64,000 nucleotides of DNA from Asterias rubens. Its lineage: Eukaryota. The notes below the pieces were generated by a model. The model did no database searches and had not been told where the DNA came from. It saw nothing but the letters and a program-made list of their open reading frames with translations. The stretch covers positions 4,402,001-4,466,000 of the forward strand of contig NC_047076.1 in the NCBI RefSeq assembly GCF_902459465.1, given 5' to 3'. Each line of letters begins with the position of its first letter. Position 1 is the stretch's first letter. The position numbers and the translations under genes are program-made. Shown here one piece after another: positions 1 to 13,199 of the stretch.

Positions 1-224
1 ATATCCCTTTTTGTAAAAATGAGTGAAAAAGTGGAGGACTGGCACTGGCAGGATACGGAAAGTTATCCCATTTTTGGCTACGTAGGCATAGTGCTATTTT
101 GCTGTAAAAAAAACCCTGCGAATTTAGACTTTATTTCTATCTTAAAAAATCATTGCTGAGATTAATAATAAATCAGAAATAAAATGAGTGTAGTTTGCAA
201 CACGTTTATATCTCTTGTTCGATT

Positions 225-371
225 GAGAGTTTTTGTTCTGAAGAGAACTGGTGGTTAACGTCTTAAAATTTCGTTCAGTATTGTGGATTTTCATGTGAAT
301 GCTGGATCAGAGAATATACTGATCAAAATGTTGAATCGTTAACCATCGGTTCTTTTCAGAACCAAAGTCTT
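225..371. mobile_element. Palindromic MITE; related copy at about 32445-32600
   Basis: Arms TTTGTTCTGAAGAGAACTGGTGGTTAACG / CGTTAACCATCGGTTCTTTTCAGAACCAAA. Confidence 0.55.
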
Positions 372-390
372 TAAAAAAAGAGGGATAACT

Positions 391-500
391 TTTCGTATGG
401 CGCCACCACTTTTTCACTTATTTTTACAAAAAGGGATGTGAGGTAAATTATATTCTATATATTTCATATCGAATGAAAAAGTGGTGGCGCCATACGGAAA
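391..500. mobile_element. Palindromic MITE; a further right arm at 1-69
   Basis: Arms TTTCGTATGGCGCCACCACTTTTTCA / TGAAAAAGTGGTGGCGCCATACGGAAA. Confidence 0.6.
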
Positions 501-719
501 CTGTTCCAATAAAAACAAAAATGTATCACAGAGTGAATTTGTAAAAAAAAAAAAAAAAAAAATGAATATTCAAATCATTGAATTTCAATAACAATAATAT
601 TCATCAGTTATCACTATCAGAGTCTAGTTACTAAAAAATACTGTTCTGTAAAGAGTGATTAACTTCTTCAAGTTCCATTATTAAAGTTCATATTCCACGA
701 CTTCCGCCAAGTAACTAAC

Positions 720-825
720 AGTCTGACCATGGAGTGTGCTGACACTACTCTGTGTACAGTACAGAATAACAAACACAAAACAGTAACACGGATACATCAT
801 TGAAAGTAGCCAGTGCCAACCGCAT
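720..825 (-). CDS. Probable first coding exon of a secreted or membrane protein; gene continues off the left edge
   Basis: ATG at 825 reads MRLALATFNDVSVLLFLCLLFCTVHRVVSAHSM (hydrophobic core, VSA cleavage-like end). Upstream 97-nt intron 841-937 has GTAGGT donor and pyrimidine tract + TAG acceptor. Candidate donors after 728 (GTCAGA) or 720 (GTTAGT). Confidence 0.45.
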
Positions 826-937
826 AGCCAACTCACTTATCTACGTAAAAAGGGCAAGGCAACCACCACCACAACACCCAAACTAAACTATGCCATCCAT
901 CAAAACTAGAATTAGATGTTGTAATTTTACAACCTAC

Positions 938-1100
938 CGTAAACAATTACTGTTTTGACGAACGTAGGATTTCGTACGACATTCAACTTTTCAGTCGGCG
1001 ATAAACTTCCGCCCACTTTATTGCACTCTCGTCGGCAAAAAATAATATCGCCAACGTTTGGTTCGTATGTTTCGTTCACAAATTTACCATACCATGTGTT
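938..1100 (-). promoter_or_regulatory. Candidate non-coding first exon/promoter of the left-edge gene
   Basis: CpG-enriched versus flanks; ETS-like ACTTCCGCC at 1005-1013; splice donor at 936-937. Confidence 0.35.
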
Positions 1101-2435
1101 TGTGCAGTAGAGGTTAAATCAATCGAGTCCGAAACCAGACGGCAGTCAGTCCGCTGACTTCTTGCAACGCCCTCTAGTGTCAACAAGTGGTTATGGTTGG
1201 TTGCCCGTCATAAGTCCCCTTTTGGGGGATAGGCCAGGGTCCCCCCCCCCCCCGGCGGCAGACCACAGTGCAAACAATTCGTTTCTATATTTTGTTATGT
1301 TCGATTATATACTTCTTTTCAGGGGGTGTATGGGTGGTGGTAAGCATTATTTATACGAGCATCCCACATTTTGATAACATTATACAGAAAATTATGCTTT
1401 GATACAGCATTTCGAGTAACTTTTGCTAATGAGAGTAATATTAAAAAAAAAAGTTTATCAATAATAGTTAATTAATGATACAATTTCAGTGTTGCATGGT
1501 TATTCTGCCCCCCCCCCCACACTCCTACCCCGCCACCCCAACCCCTCTCAGTAAAGTGATGTCATACGATAGTTTTATGGAAGTTGCGGAAAGAAACAAA
1601 TTTGTGGTTAAGCATTGTCACCTTTAATATGAGTGTGCAAGAAAACTAAAACTGTTTGCTCATCATAGCATTTCAAATATCATTTTCTACCCAAAAAATA
1701 GAGAATTTTAAGCGATGAGATAATGATATTCAGGTATGATAAATTTTAGTTGAATTCAGATTTGTTTAAATGTAGTCCTATGTCTTCCTGATTAAGATAA
1801 ATTAACTGGGTTTAAATAAAAAATAAATAAAAAAAGTTGAAAGTTTGTCTGTTACTTCACCTTTTTATATTTATTTTGAGTCTTTCCACTTTGTTTCATG
1901 AACCACAATATTAATTCAGAACCTGAAAAGTAAAGACAAAACATTAAATTCTGAACAGAATATTGTTGGTAACAGGAAAAAAAGAATCAAATTGGGTATC
2001 ATTATGTGCAAATAAAAGCAGGTAAGACTTTAATATCAACAGAACTGACTTGAGTTTAAATTTTTGAAAAGTGTTTGGATAATTTTGTTTTATAAATTCA
2101 ATGTCTCAAATGCAGAGGTTTTTTTTGCATTTAAACAAAATATGCCAAAATGTTTTATACATTTTCAAGCAAACAAAATTGTGATTCGTCCTGTTTTTGT
2201 TTTCTTTTTTATGCGGCCTCCTCCATTTCCCCATATAGCCGTCCAATTCCTCACCATTGCCAGAAATGTGTTTTGAAATAGTACTTCTAAGGATGTTAAT
2301 TGATCAGTTCTGTAAATATAAGACTTGCATTTTTCTTTTTTAACTGAAGAGGGCATATTAAATTATCATTAGTCTGAGAATGTTGATAATTATAAGTTAG
2401 TAAGATGAACCAGATGTGTAGGGTATTACAATTAA

Positions 2436-2835
2436 GTCTTTCAATTGCTTACAAAAATAAATAATAGTAATAATATTTTTTAGGCCTCAACTATAAAATC
2501 CACTGTTGGTATAAAAATAAATGCATGCCGTGAAGCTATAAGGACAATTTGTGGACTGTAAATTTTTTCTTAAAAATATTTCATCTTTAAGTTCTAGTTC
2601 TAAACCTTGTAGTGTAATTCTAGGCCTAATTTGATGTCTTTCAATTGCTTACACAAAGAAATAATACTGTTTTTGTATTAAGCCTAAAAGTAAAAATCTA
2701 CTATATAAAAAAGAATTGCATGCCTTAAAGCCATAATGGAAACAATGTGGACTATTCAGTTTTTTTTTCAGTAAATGTGGATGTTTTAGTTGTATTAATA
2801 GGTAATTCTAGGCCTAATTTGACTGCTTTTCATTA
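2436..2835. repeat. Diverged tandem repeat, 200-bp period, 2 copies
   Basis: GTCTTTCAATTGCTTAC at 2436 and 2636; both units end AATTCTAGGCCTAATTTGA. Confidence 0.8.
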
Positions 2836-3054
2836 TTCTGAACCAGAAAACTAAGTAATTCCATTCTACAAATATTTTATTCAATGTATTTAGATCATTT
2901 ATTTGTGGGGAAAATAATCTCATTATCAGGCCTAAATACTATTTCATCACTTTCATATTAATTCTTTTGGTGTTAAAACAATTCATAGGACTTAATTTTA
3001 TTTTAGGCAAAGTACTACATTTTGGTTTGTGTCAAATTCTGATTAACATTTACC

Positions 3055-3492
3055 TAAAGACCTTCTTCAACAAAGAAACTGAATGTAATGCAAACAAATA
3101 TAGAAAAAATAGTCATTTATAGGCCTACTTCAAATTCATATAAACTAAAAGAAAGTACTGAACTTATCATCTGTTGGAAAAAAAATCTTATTTTATTTAT
3201 TTTATTCACTTATTTCTTTATTTCACAGTTAAAAGTAGTCCTACTTTAAGACAAACGGCATAGCATTAAAATAAAGACCTTCTTCAACAAAGAAATTGAA
3301 TGTAGTTCAAAAAAATATAGGAAAAAACGTCATTTATAGGCGTACTTCAAATTCATATAAACTAAAAGAAAGTACTGAACTTATCATCTGTTGGAAACAA
3401 AATCTTATTTTAATTTATTTTATTCACTTATTTCTTTATTTCACAGTTAAAAGTAGTCCTACTTTAAGACAAAAGGCATAGCATTAAAATAA
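3055..3492. repeat. Near-identical tandem duplication, about 217-bp period
   Basis: TAAAGACCTTCTTCAACAAAGAAA at 3055 and 3272, long identical runs; degenerate further copies to about 3950. Confidence 0.9.
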
Positions 3493-4539
3493 AAAATAGT
3501 CACTTTACGCCTACTTAAAATTCATATAACCTGAAAACATAGGGTTAGTTTGTACTTCAAATTCATATTAATTAGAAGAAAATATAAATAAATTTTGGTG
3601 TTATCATCTAGGCCTATAATTACACCATCTAAATTAGGCCTTCATTTTTTTTTCTTCTGTATTGCAATATTTTAGGAATAACATTTAAATGTAGGCCTAC
3701 TTCAAAGGAAAAGTCATGGCATTTTGTGCTTCTAAATTATATAAATTAGAAGAAAAGTATTTTGTTGTTTAAGCTTATCATCTATTGGAAAATAATATCA
3801 TCTTCGGCCTTTTATGTATTTCTTTATTTCATTTTTTTTTTATAAACAGGTAATGGAGACCTACTTAAAGGAAATGGGCATAGCATTTTGGTGGGGAAAA
3901 TATTACCTTATCATACTTCGAATTCATGTTATAAAAAATAATTGAATTTTAGGCCATTATTTCTTTAAATACAGATTAAAAGCTAACTACCATTTAGCCA
4001 TGCATATTAATGAAGTGAGTGTAATCTTGAATCAATTAAAAGCATTTTGTTTTTTAGAGGTAGGCCTATAATCTGAGCAAAATACTATGTATTACTATGC
4101 CTCAAACAAGATATTCTGGTTTCTAGGCTAAACTAAGCTACATGAATGTACAGGCCTGCATCAATTGAGTCTTGAATAAAAGTGGTTTGCTGCAGAAAAA
4201 ATGGAAATAATTATGGTGGTATTAAAAAAAAAAGAAAACAATCTAATTACCTTCGAGTGTAATGGTGATTCTGCATGACAGCCTCAGCAACTTGGAGGTA
4301 GAACTGTTTGAATTTGGTTGTTTTTATTTCCAGTATTGTAACATTTGATTTCAAAATTTAACACTGTCAATATAATTTTGATTTGAAAAACTCTTGAACT
4401 AAAATAAATACACACTTGATAAATCAAAGAACTTTATGGACACCATACTCCTTTTACCCTCACCAAAACATAAACATAAGTGTGCTGTGTCTATAGAGGG
4501 CGCTACAGCAAGTATAGGGAGGTTGAAATGATATAAATA

Positions 4540-4990
4540 TGGGGAAAAACAACTGCTTTATCCAGTTTGCTTTTTCTTCCTTCATTACCAAGTGCATGTA
4601 ATACCGTGTAATTATTATTAGTGCATGCAAACTAGTACACCAAGTAAAACCTGAAACTTGCTTATCTCAGGAAGGTAGACATGGTTAAATTACAGGAGAA
4701 AAAACTGCTTTATGCAGCATCCTCTTTTTTCTAAAAAACAATAAAATATTAATCACCATTACAGTATGATTATTATCAAGTAATAAATCACAAGGTAAAT
4801 TGATTGATTATAAACTATACATAGACAGGGAGGTAGACATGATTACGGGGGAACACACTTACTGCTTTATGCAGTTACATCCTCTTTTTCTTCAAGTACA
4901 AAATATTCACCAAGTGAATTACAGTATATGATTAGTATCAAGTAATAAACGACAATGTAAATTGATAGATTCAAAACAATACACATACAA
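4540..4990. repeat. Diverged tandem repeat, about 150-155-bp period, 3 copies
   Basis: GGRGAAAAA...ACTGCTTTAT-CAG-type motif near 4541, 4696 and 4848. Confidence 0.65.
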
Positions 4991-5589
4991 GATTTTGATA
5001 TTTTCCACCTGTTGTCATTTAAAAATGATAAATCTATCCTACATAGAGAGATTGATTTTGAGAAATATCTTGAGACTGTTTATGTCCTCTTGAAGAATCA
5101 ATTGTGTATCATTTCCATGGGAATAGAGAGAAGATTTCTTTCACATTCTTGAGTTGAGACTGTGTTGAGACCGTTTTTCCATTTTTGCTAGCATTGGCAG
5201 AGTTTAAATAATACATAAGCAGTCCTTATATTATTGTTTCTCTAGTCATACATCAGCTTGGATGGGCAATCGGTTTTCACTGACTTCTCTTAATTGTTCT
5301 TCAAACAACATTGTTTAGCGTTTGATGGTCTGAATGTATTTTTGCTGTGTCATTATTGTTTTGTGTATGTATTTTTTTTTGTCCTGTATTCAATTTCTTT
5401 AACCTAATTATGTTTGCCAAATTAATTGTTAATCTTAATTTACCACTTCCTACTCATTCATTGTACTTTCACTCTGGGATGACAGGCTGTGAAAGTACCA
5501 TTTTCATATCAAAGTTGTTAAGAACTTAAGAAGTTGAACAAGTAATGTAGTTTATAAATGGTTCAATGGAGATGGTTGTGTTCAAACAT

Positions 5590-7920
5590 AAGCCAGTTCC
5601 ACATACAACAAGATGGCTGAAGGGAGGGACAATTTGCACCTGTTCAAAGTTGATCAAGATGATCACCAGTTAATGGAAAAGAAAGTGAGCAAAATGACCC
5701 AATAAGTTAAAGAGAAGAGTCTCAGACAGATGATCCCACCAGAAGAGAAAAAAGTGTGGGTTTGTGTGTTTGTGGGATGGGGGTAAGAGGAGAAAGTAAG
5801 GGATGGCCCCATTACTATCAGCAGTGTTTTGAAAACACTTGGGTACAAGATTTCACACTATTTCTATCACTTCATTTATCATCCATCCTTCTGAATTGGT
5901 TATAGTTATTGATTAGGCCTAAGTTGTTAAATTAATATGTAACTGTTGTATTTTTAATTATGTAATACATGTTTTGTTTTGTTTGACTGAGTGTCCATTG
6001 TTTGGGAATGTTGCATTGTGTTGTTTAGTAACAGTCACTGTTCTCTCCCTAAAGTTTATTGGTTCTTGCCCTTGGCACAAGTCAGTGAAAATGTTTATCC
6101 TGACTTCTTTGTTCATTTATTGTCAATCCACTGAACATTTTCCATTGTGATATTGTCATGTGCTGGCACAACAGCACTGATGATACACTTTCCTCCTTTG
6201 TGATCCAGTTTTTCATGAAGCAGATGAGTACATGTGTTGACTTTCAACACGGATCCTTCTTTTTTCCATAGACATTTCCATAGACAAAATTTTCCACAGA
6301 CACATTTTCTTTGCTGGCACATATCTTGAAAAACTTGATGATGGTTTGTCCTCGTTTGTCACTTGTCAAAACTACCTTAAGTTTGTTCTGTTCACATAGA
6401 CTTTCCATAAGTGATCATGACTTTTGACTGTAACAATGTCAGTTGCTGGCATAAATCTTGACAACTTGAGGCTATTTATCCTTAAAATGTAATTATATTA
6501 TACTAAAAATTACTTTTCCCCCTGGAAAGCATCTTGCCTCAAAAGGGTTTTGAAAACAGATTTAATTTAATCCATACATATTCATAATTTTAAAACAATG
6601 ACAAAAAATTAGTACTGATATTTGTTTGAAAGGCAAGAATAAATCAGATCACTCATACTCAATTAATTATGAATGCACAGTATTACATTGTTTTTAGGGT
6701 CCAAAATCGTCAGACATATATTGTTTATAGGCATAGAAAACCATAATGTTTCAAACAATCCTGTGTACAATTGTAGATTCACATGTTCCAAAGAATTTGG
6801 CACAATCCCTGTCACTATTGTTAGTGTGCAGTGCTGCATCCAATAAATCTCGAAAGTGTCTTACTCGGATTTCCATTTCCTAAGAAAATATCCTGAAGTC
6901 TTGGCAGGCTAGCTAAGACGCTGTCAATTAGAGAAGTAGTCCTCGAAAATGTTCAAATTAAAGAAGTCTCAGTCTCTAAGAAGTTGTGTTTGAATGGTAT
7001 GTTTACTTGTAGGTATGTATGACTGCAATGTTTTTGTTCAAGTTGTTGATGTTTGATGATTGTTACGAGATAAAGAGATGTTTTTTATTTTTAACCTACA
7101 TTTTACCATTATTGAGTTTCTAAAAGTGGTAGCCTAAGTCCCCTATCATCACTATCACTCAGCATTTAATCAATCATTTTAAACATTCACATTCACTCAC
7201 ATCCTTTCAAAATCACTTGTATAGTGATTTTTACACCAGGTAAGGATGGTCTTTGGCATTAACCAAAAGTGTATCCTGCCTTTAGCACAAGGGTATACAA
7301 AGTGGGACTTTTTTATGAATAAGAAATTTGTGATTGGCTCAATCACTGAGGACTAAGAATTCCTCAAAATAAGCCAATGGAAAGCAAGAACTTGGGCAAC
7401 TAGCACCAAGTTAATTCACTAATACTATTACCATGGTTACAAATGGACGATCAAGATTAAACGGACGCTACAACAGTTGGAGAAGTTGGAGTTTCGGCCA
7501 ACACTGAGAATTAAGAAGTTTTCATTTGAGCCATCAGAAGACAGAAGGCTGAGATTTGTTATAAAAATAGCTCCATGAGTTTCAACCATTATGTACGTTA
7601 GGCCTACTGTGAACTGTATTAAAAGTTGCCTTACCCTTTAAGGTAAACAAAAGTAGAGTAAAGTATGTGAATCTTAAGACATTTGCCAACATTGAGGATC
7701 AAGAATTCCTCTATAAGGAAGGCAACATGAAGACAACAATGATGTTGACTTACTCAACCATGTCTCCACTAAAACATTTTATGAAATCAAATCTAATGTA
7801 TAGGCCCTACCCACCAACAAAACTGAGGATAAGAAATCCCAAGGGAGCCTAAGAAAGTGACAGATAAGACAAAATGGTAAAACCAATTAAAATGCCACCA
7901 CAACTTGTATGGTTTTAAAA
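5590..7920. repeat. Copy A of a 2.3-kb duplicated module (copy B about 10750-12980)
   Basis: Collinear shared blocks, e.g. TTTGTTTGACTGAGTGTCCATTGTT near 5980/11174, TTGGCACAAGTCAGTGA 6072/11267, AAAACCAATTAAAATG 7879/12935. Confidence 0.85.
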
Positions 7921-7949
7921 CCAGGCCTATAGGCCTATAAGTACACTAA

Positions 7950-10760
7950 ACATAAAAAATTGCGATAAAAAATGACGATTAAAAAAATTGCCTAGTAGGA
8001 AGCATAGTAAAGATGGGTCCACATGCCTTAGAAGATGGGTCCATTATAGGCCTCAATACATAGTAAAGATGGGTCCATATGCCTTTTAAAAAATAGGTCC
8101 ATAGGCCTTAATACAAGTAAAAATGGGTTAATAGGCCCTGAAAGATGGGTCCATATAGGCCTCAATACACAGTGAAGATGGGTCCATAGTGTTTGCCCAT
8201 AAAAAAATAGGTCCAGGCCTTAATACAAGTAAGAATGGGTTAATAGGCCCCGAAAGATGGGTCCATATAGGCCTTAATACACAGTGAAGATGGGTCCATA
8301 GTGTATGCCTATAGAAATAGGTCCAGGCTTTAGTACAAGTAAGAATGGGTTAATAGGCCCTGAAAGATGGGTCTATATAGGCCTTAATACATAGTAAGGA
8401 TGGGTCCGTAGTGTATGCCTATAGAAATAGGTCCAATTACAAATGGGTCCATAGGTCTTAATACAAGTAAAAATGGGTCCATGTCTTAAAAGATGGGTCC
8501 ATATAGGCCTTAATACATAGTAAAGACGGGGTCCATATGCCTTAAAATATGGGTCTTTTATAGGCCTAAATACAAGTAAAAGATGGGTCCATAGGCCTTA
8601 AAAGATGGGTCCATGTTGGCCTTAATCTTTAGTAAAGATGAGTCTATATAGGCCCTATATACATAGTAAAGATGGGTCCATATGGCCTTTAAAAATGGGT
8701 CCATATGCCTTAATTTTACAGGTAAAGATGGGTCAAAAGGCCTAAAAAGATTGGTTGACAGGCCTTAATACAAGTAAAAGATGAGTCAATAGGCCTTAAA
8801 ATATAGTAACATAATATGCCTTAAAACCTTAGGCCTTGAAAAATGGTTCCATATGCCTTAATACAGGTAAAGATACAGGTCCATAGGTCTTCAAAGATCT
8901 ATAGGCCTTAACTAATAGTAGAGAAGGGTCCACAGGACCCAATGGGTCCATATAAGGCTTAATAAATAGTACTAAGATGGGACCATTTGCCTAAAAGATG
9001 GGTCCATATAGGTCTTAATATTTAGTAAAGATGGGTCTATATAGGCCTTATACACATACTAAAAAAATAGAACTTCAAAAATGGGTCCATAATGCCTTAA
9101 TTTTCAACCGTCCCCCCACTGATAGGTAAAGATGGGTCAAAAGGCCTTAGAAGATGGGTCCTTATTATAGGCCTTAGTACATAGTAAATATGGGTCCATA
9201 TAAGCCTTAAAAGATTGGTCGACAGGCCTTAATACAAGTAAAAGATGAGTCAATAGGCCTTAAAAGATATTTACATAATAATTGTCTTAAAACATAGTAC
9301 AGGTGGGTCCATATACAAGGAGGCCCCTTAGACCTCGAAAAATGGTTCTATATGCCTTAATTAATACAGGCAAAGATACAGGTCCATAGGCATAAAAAGA
9401 TCTACAGGCCTTAACCCATTTTTTTTAGTAGAGAAGGGTCCACAGGCCTTCCAAAATGGGTCCATATAAGACTTAACAAATGGTACTAAGATGGGCACAT
9501 TATGCCTTAAAAGATGGGTCCATAGTATTCAGTACAAAAAAGATGGGTCCATGGGTCTACAAAGATGGGTCTATTACTGTAGGCCTTTTAATACATAGTA
9601 AAGATGGGTCCTTAGGCCAATTCCACATTAAACCAGTACACTGAAAGTTGATTAAGGCCGTGTCCGAAACGGCGACTTCGGCTACAGCTACGGCTAGATC
9701 GCGCGCGTCTGCCTATTCTTCAACACTAGTAGACGCGCTGATCTAGACGTAGCTGTAGCCGAAGTCGTCGTTTCGGACACGGCCTAAGTTGACTTCCAGT
9801 TATGGAGAAGAAGAAAATGAGCAATGGCCCATCACTTGAAGCGAAGAATGTGAGATTGGCCCATATGCCTTAAAAGATGGGTCCATAGGACTTAAACATA
9901 GTAAAGAATCTTTACTATGTATTAAGTCTTTATGGGTCCATATTCCTTAAAAATGGGTCCATATAGTATTTAATACAAAAGAAGATGGGTCCATATGTCT
10001 CCAAAGATGGGTCTTACTATAGACCTTCAGAGATGGGTCTATATGCAGTATGCCTTAATACATTAAAGATGGGTCCTAAGCCAATTCCACATATGCACCA
10101 GTCCACCAGTTCAAAGTTGATAAAGTTGACTACCAGTTAGGGAGAAGAAAGTGAGTGAAATGGCCCATTCTTGAAGCGAAGAATGTGAGATTGTTCCATA
10201 TGCCTTAAAAGATGGGTCCATATGACTTAATACAGTAAAGAATCTTTACTATGTATTAAGTCTTTATGGGTCCATATTCCTTAAAAATGGGTCCATAGTA
10301 TTTAATACAAAAGAAGATGGGTCCATATGTCTTCAAAGATGGGTCTTTATATACAGTAGGCCGTAAAGATGGGTGCATATCCTACAGTAGTAGGCCTGAA
10401 TACAAAGCAAAGATGGGTCCTTAAGGTCAATTCCACATATGCACCATGGTCCACCAGTTCAAAGTTGATCAAGTTGACTATAATATGGAGAAGAAAGTGA
10501 GCGAAATGGCCCATCACTGTTGAAGTTGAAGCAAAGAATGTGAGATTGGTCCATATGCCTTAAAAGTTGAGTCCATAGGACTTAAAACATAGTAAAAAAT
10601 CTTCTTAGTCTTTATGGGTACGTATTCTTTAAAAATTGGTCCATAGTATTAAATACAAAAACAATTAGTACAAAAAAAGATAAATCCATATGTCTTCAAA
10701 GATTGGTCCATATTACATAGGCCTTAATACATAGTAAAGATGGGTCCTTATAGGCAAATT
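7950..10760. repeat. Satellite array with GATGGGTCCAT core and higher-order repeats
   Basis: Dozens of AAAGATGGGTCCATATAGGCCTTAATACATAGT (about 33 bp) and AAAGATGGGTCCATATGCCTTA (about 22 bp) subunits; 110-bp HOR at 8130/8241/8350; about 300-350-bp HOR near 9790/10130/10470. Confidence 0.95.
9656..9784. mobile_element. 129-bp PIF/Harbinger (Tourist)-type MITE with TAA target duplication
   Basis: TIR GGCCGTGTCCGAAACGGCGACTTCGGCTACAGCTACG with near-perfect inverse; TAA at 9653-55 and 9785-87. Confidence 0.85.
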
Positions 10761-12980
10761 CCACATTATGCAACAGTCCACCAGTTCAAAGTTGATCAAG
10801 ATTACTACCAGTTATATGGAGAAGAAAGTGAGTCGGATGGACCATAGAGAAGAATGTGAGATGGCCACCAGTTGAAACACAAGAAAATGGGATAGGGCCT
10901 AGATGACCCACCAGAACAGAAGAAAGTTAGGGGGAAAGTAGGGTGACCCACGTATGAGTCAAAAGTAAGAGGGCTAGCGACCCTTTTTTTCAACAGTGCT
11001 CAAACACTTGGTATTGGAAGGTAACCAATATACCCCAACACTATTTCAATCACTTCATTCTTCATCCTTCCTTTAAGATTGGTTATAATACTTGACTAAG
11101 TTAATTAAACAATTAATTAAAATTGAATTGCGATATTTTAATAATGTTGACATGTTTTGTTTTGTTTTGTTTTGTTTGACTGAGTGTCCATTGTTAGGGA
11201 ATGTTGCACTGTGTGTTGTTTTGTGTTATTCACTGTTCTCTCCTTAAAGTTTATTGTTTCTTGCTCTTGGCACAAGTCAGTGATAATGTTTTTCCTGACT
11301 TCTTTGTCCATTCATTGTCAATCTGCAGAAACATTTTTCACTGTAATTTTGTTGGTTTATTAATTCTCAATCCACGGAAACATTTTCCACTGTAATATTT
11401 TGCCATATGCTGGCACAACAGCACTCTTGGTAAGCTCGATGATTCCTCCCACGGTTGAAAACATGACATGTGTTGACTTTCCACAGACATTTCCATAGAC
11501 ACATTTTTTCCAAAGACGTTTCCATAGACATTTTTCCATAGACACATTTCATTTGCTTGCACATCTTGATAAACTTGTTGTTTTCCTCCTCAGGTGATCC
11601 GATTGTAAAGAATGTCTGTAGTATGTTCATTGTTCAGTTCATATAGACTTTCCATTGATCCTGACTTTTCACTGTAACATTGTCAGCATGCTGTCACAAT
11701 AATGTTGACAATTTGAGGCTTTTCATCAATTTCATTATATCAAAAGTTGTCACTTTTTTGTGTCCATAGGAAAGCTCTTGCCTTGAATGAGTTTTAAAGA
11801 ATGTCTCTTTCACTTCAATGAGTTGGCCATATATTAAATTAACTATATATTTAAATTCATTTATCTTTTGGTACAATTATAAAGTACTGGTTTTCATCAA
11901 ATAACTAATACTCAAGTTATTATGAAAATACCTTATCACCTTATTTTAGAGTCCAAAATCAGCAGACATTGTTCTTGCATGGGCAGGGGTACCCAATTTT
12001 ATTGTTGTTTTAAACAATCCTGCATACCATACAATATTGTTGATTCACAATGTTCCAAAAAATATTGGCAGTTATTGTCAGTGTGTAGCACATTCAATAC
12101 ATCTCGGAGGTGGCTTATTGGATTTCCAACTCCTGAGAAAGTATCTTGAAGTCTTTAACTGCCTTGGCATGGTTAATTATGAAGACATGTCAAATGATGA
12201 AGTAGTCCTTGAAAATGTTTGAATCGAAGAAGTCTCAGTCCCTATAAGAAATGGTGCTTTGAATGGTCTGTTTATTTGTACATGTTTGACTGCAGTGTTT
12301 TTGTTCTAGTTGTTTTAATGTTTCAAGATTGTTGCACGATTTTTTTAAATTTTAAACCTACATTATTGTTTACAATTGATTAGTTTTTTAAAGTTGTAAG
12401 TCCTCCATCATCACTTTCATCCATCAATTCATCTATCATTTTAAACACTCACTCACATCCTTCCATTTTTTTTACAGCATCTTTTATACCAATTGAGGAT
12501 TGAGGATATTGATCTTTGGCAATTACCAAATGTATACCCTGCCAATGATGGCACAAGGGATGGTATAAAAAGTTGCCTCCTTTTGGGGAAATGGTTCATG
12601 ATTGGCTGAAACACTGAGGACTAGAATTCCTCAAAATAAGCCAATCGAAATAAACACAAGGTTGAAAACTAACACCAAGTTAATTTTCCAATTCCAGTCA
12701 TAACTATCACGATTAAAACAAAAATTGTTTAGTTATTGAGAATGAACTGGGGTTCGGATCCACACTGACAATCAGGTGGGCCTTGTGAACTTCTAAGAGC
12801 ACGGTATGAGGATGCTAGGACATTTGCCAACATTGAGGACTAAGAATTCCTCTGACCAAGGTAATCTAACAACAGCACTGAGGATATGAAATCCCAGGTA
12901 ACCAAAGAAAGTGTGACAGATAAGAGAGAAGGGTAAAACCAATTAAAATGTCACCACAACTTTTATGTTTTAAACAAGAT
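10750..12980. repeat. Copy B of the 2.3-kb duplicated module
   Basis: Same order and orientation of blocks as 5590-7920. Confidence 0.85.
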
Positions 12981-13199
12981 GTGCAATAAACATTTTTAAA
13001 CCAAAACAGTCCAAGAAAACAGAAAAGAAACAAAATGAACTTAACTTTACAAGAACTTAAGACCTTTACATAGTAAATATGGGTCCATAAGCCTTAATTA
13101 AAAGTACACATGTTGGCCTTAAACATAGATGATCCATATGTCTTAAAACATGGATGGGTCCAATTAGTTATCTTAAAGGGTGTATTAAGAATGTGACCT

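Noticed and set aside
6113-6322. Cys-rich ORFs (also 11338-11630) suggesting zinc fingers
   Set aside because: The CLWK pattern comes from a TTTCCATAGACA micro-repeat; no C2H2 or RING spacing.
6900-6990. TGA codons conserved in both module copies, hinting at a variant genetic code or selenocysteine
   Set aside because: The coding strand is uncertain, shared ancestry explains shared stops, and other stop types also interrupt the frame.
7950-10760. CRISPR-like look of the regularly spaced GATGGGTCCAT repeats
   Set aside because: Spacers are themselves repetitive, there are no cas genes, and the context is spliced eukaryotic DNA.
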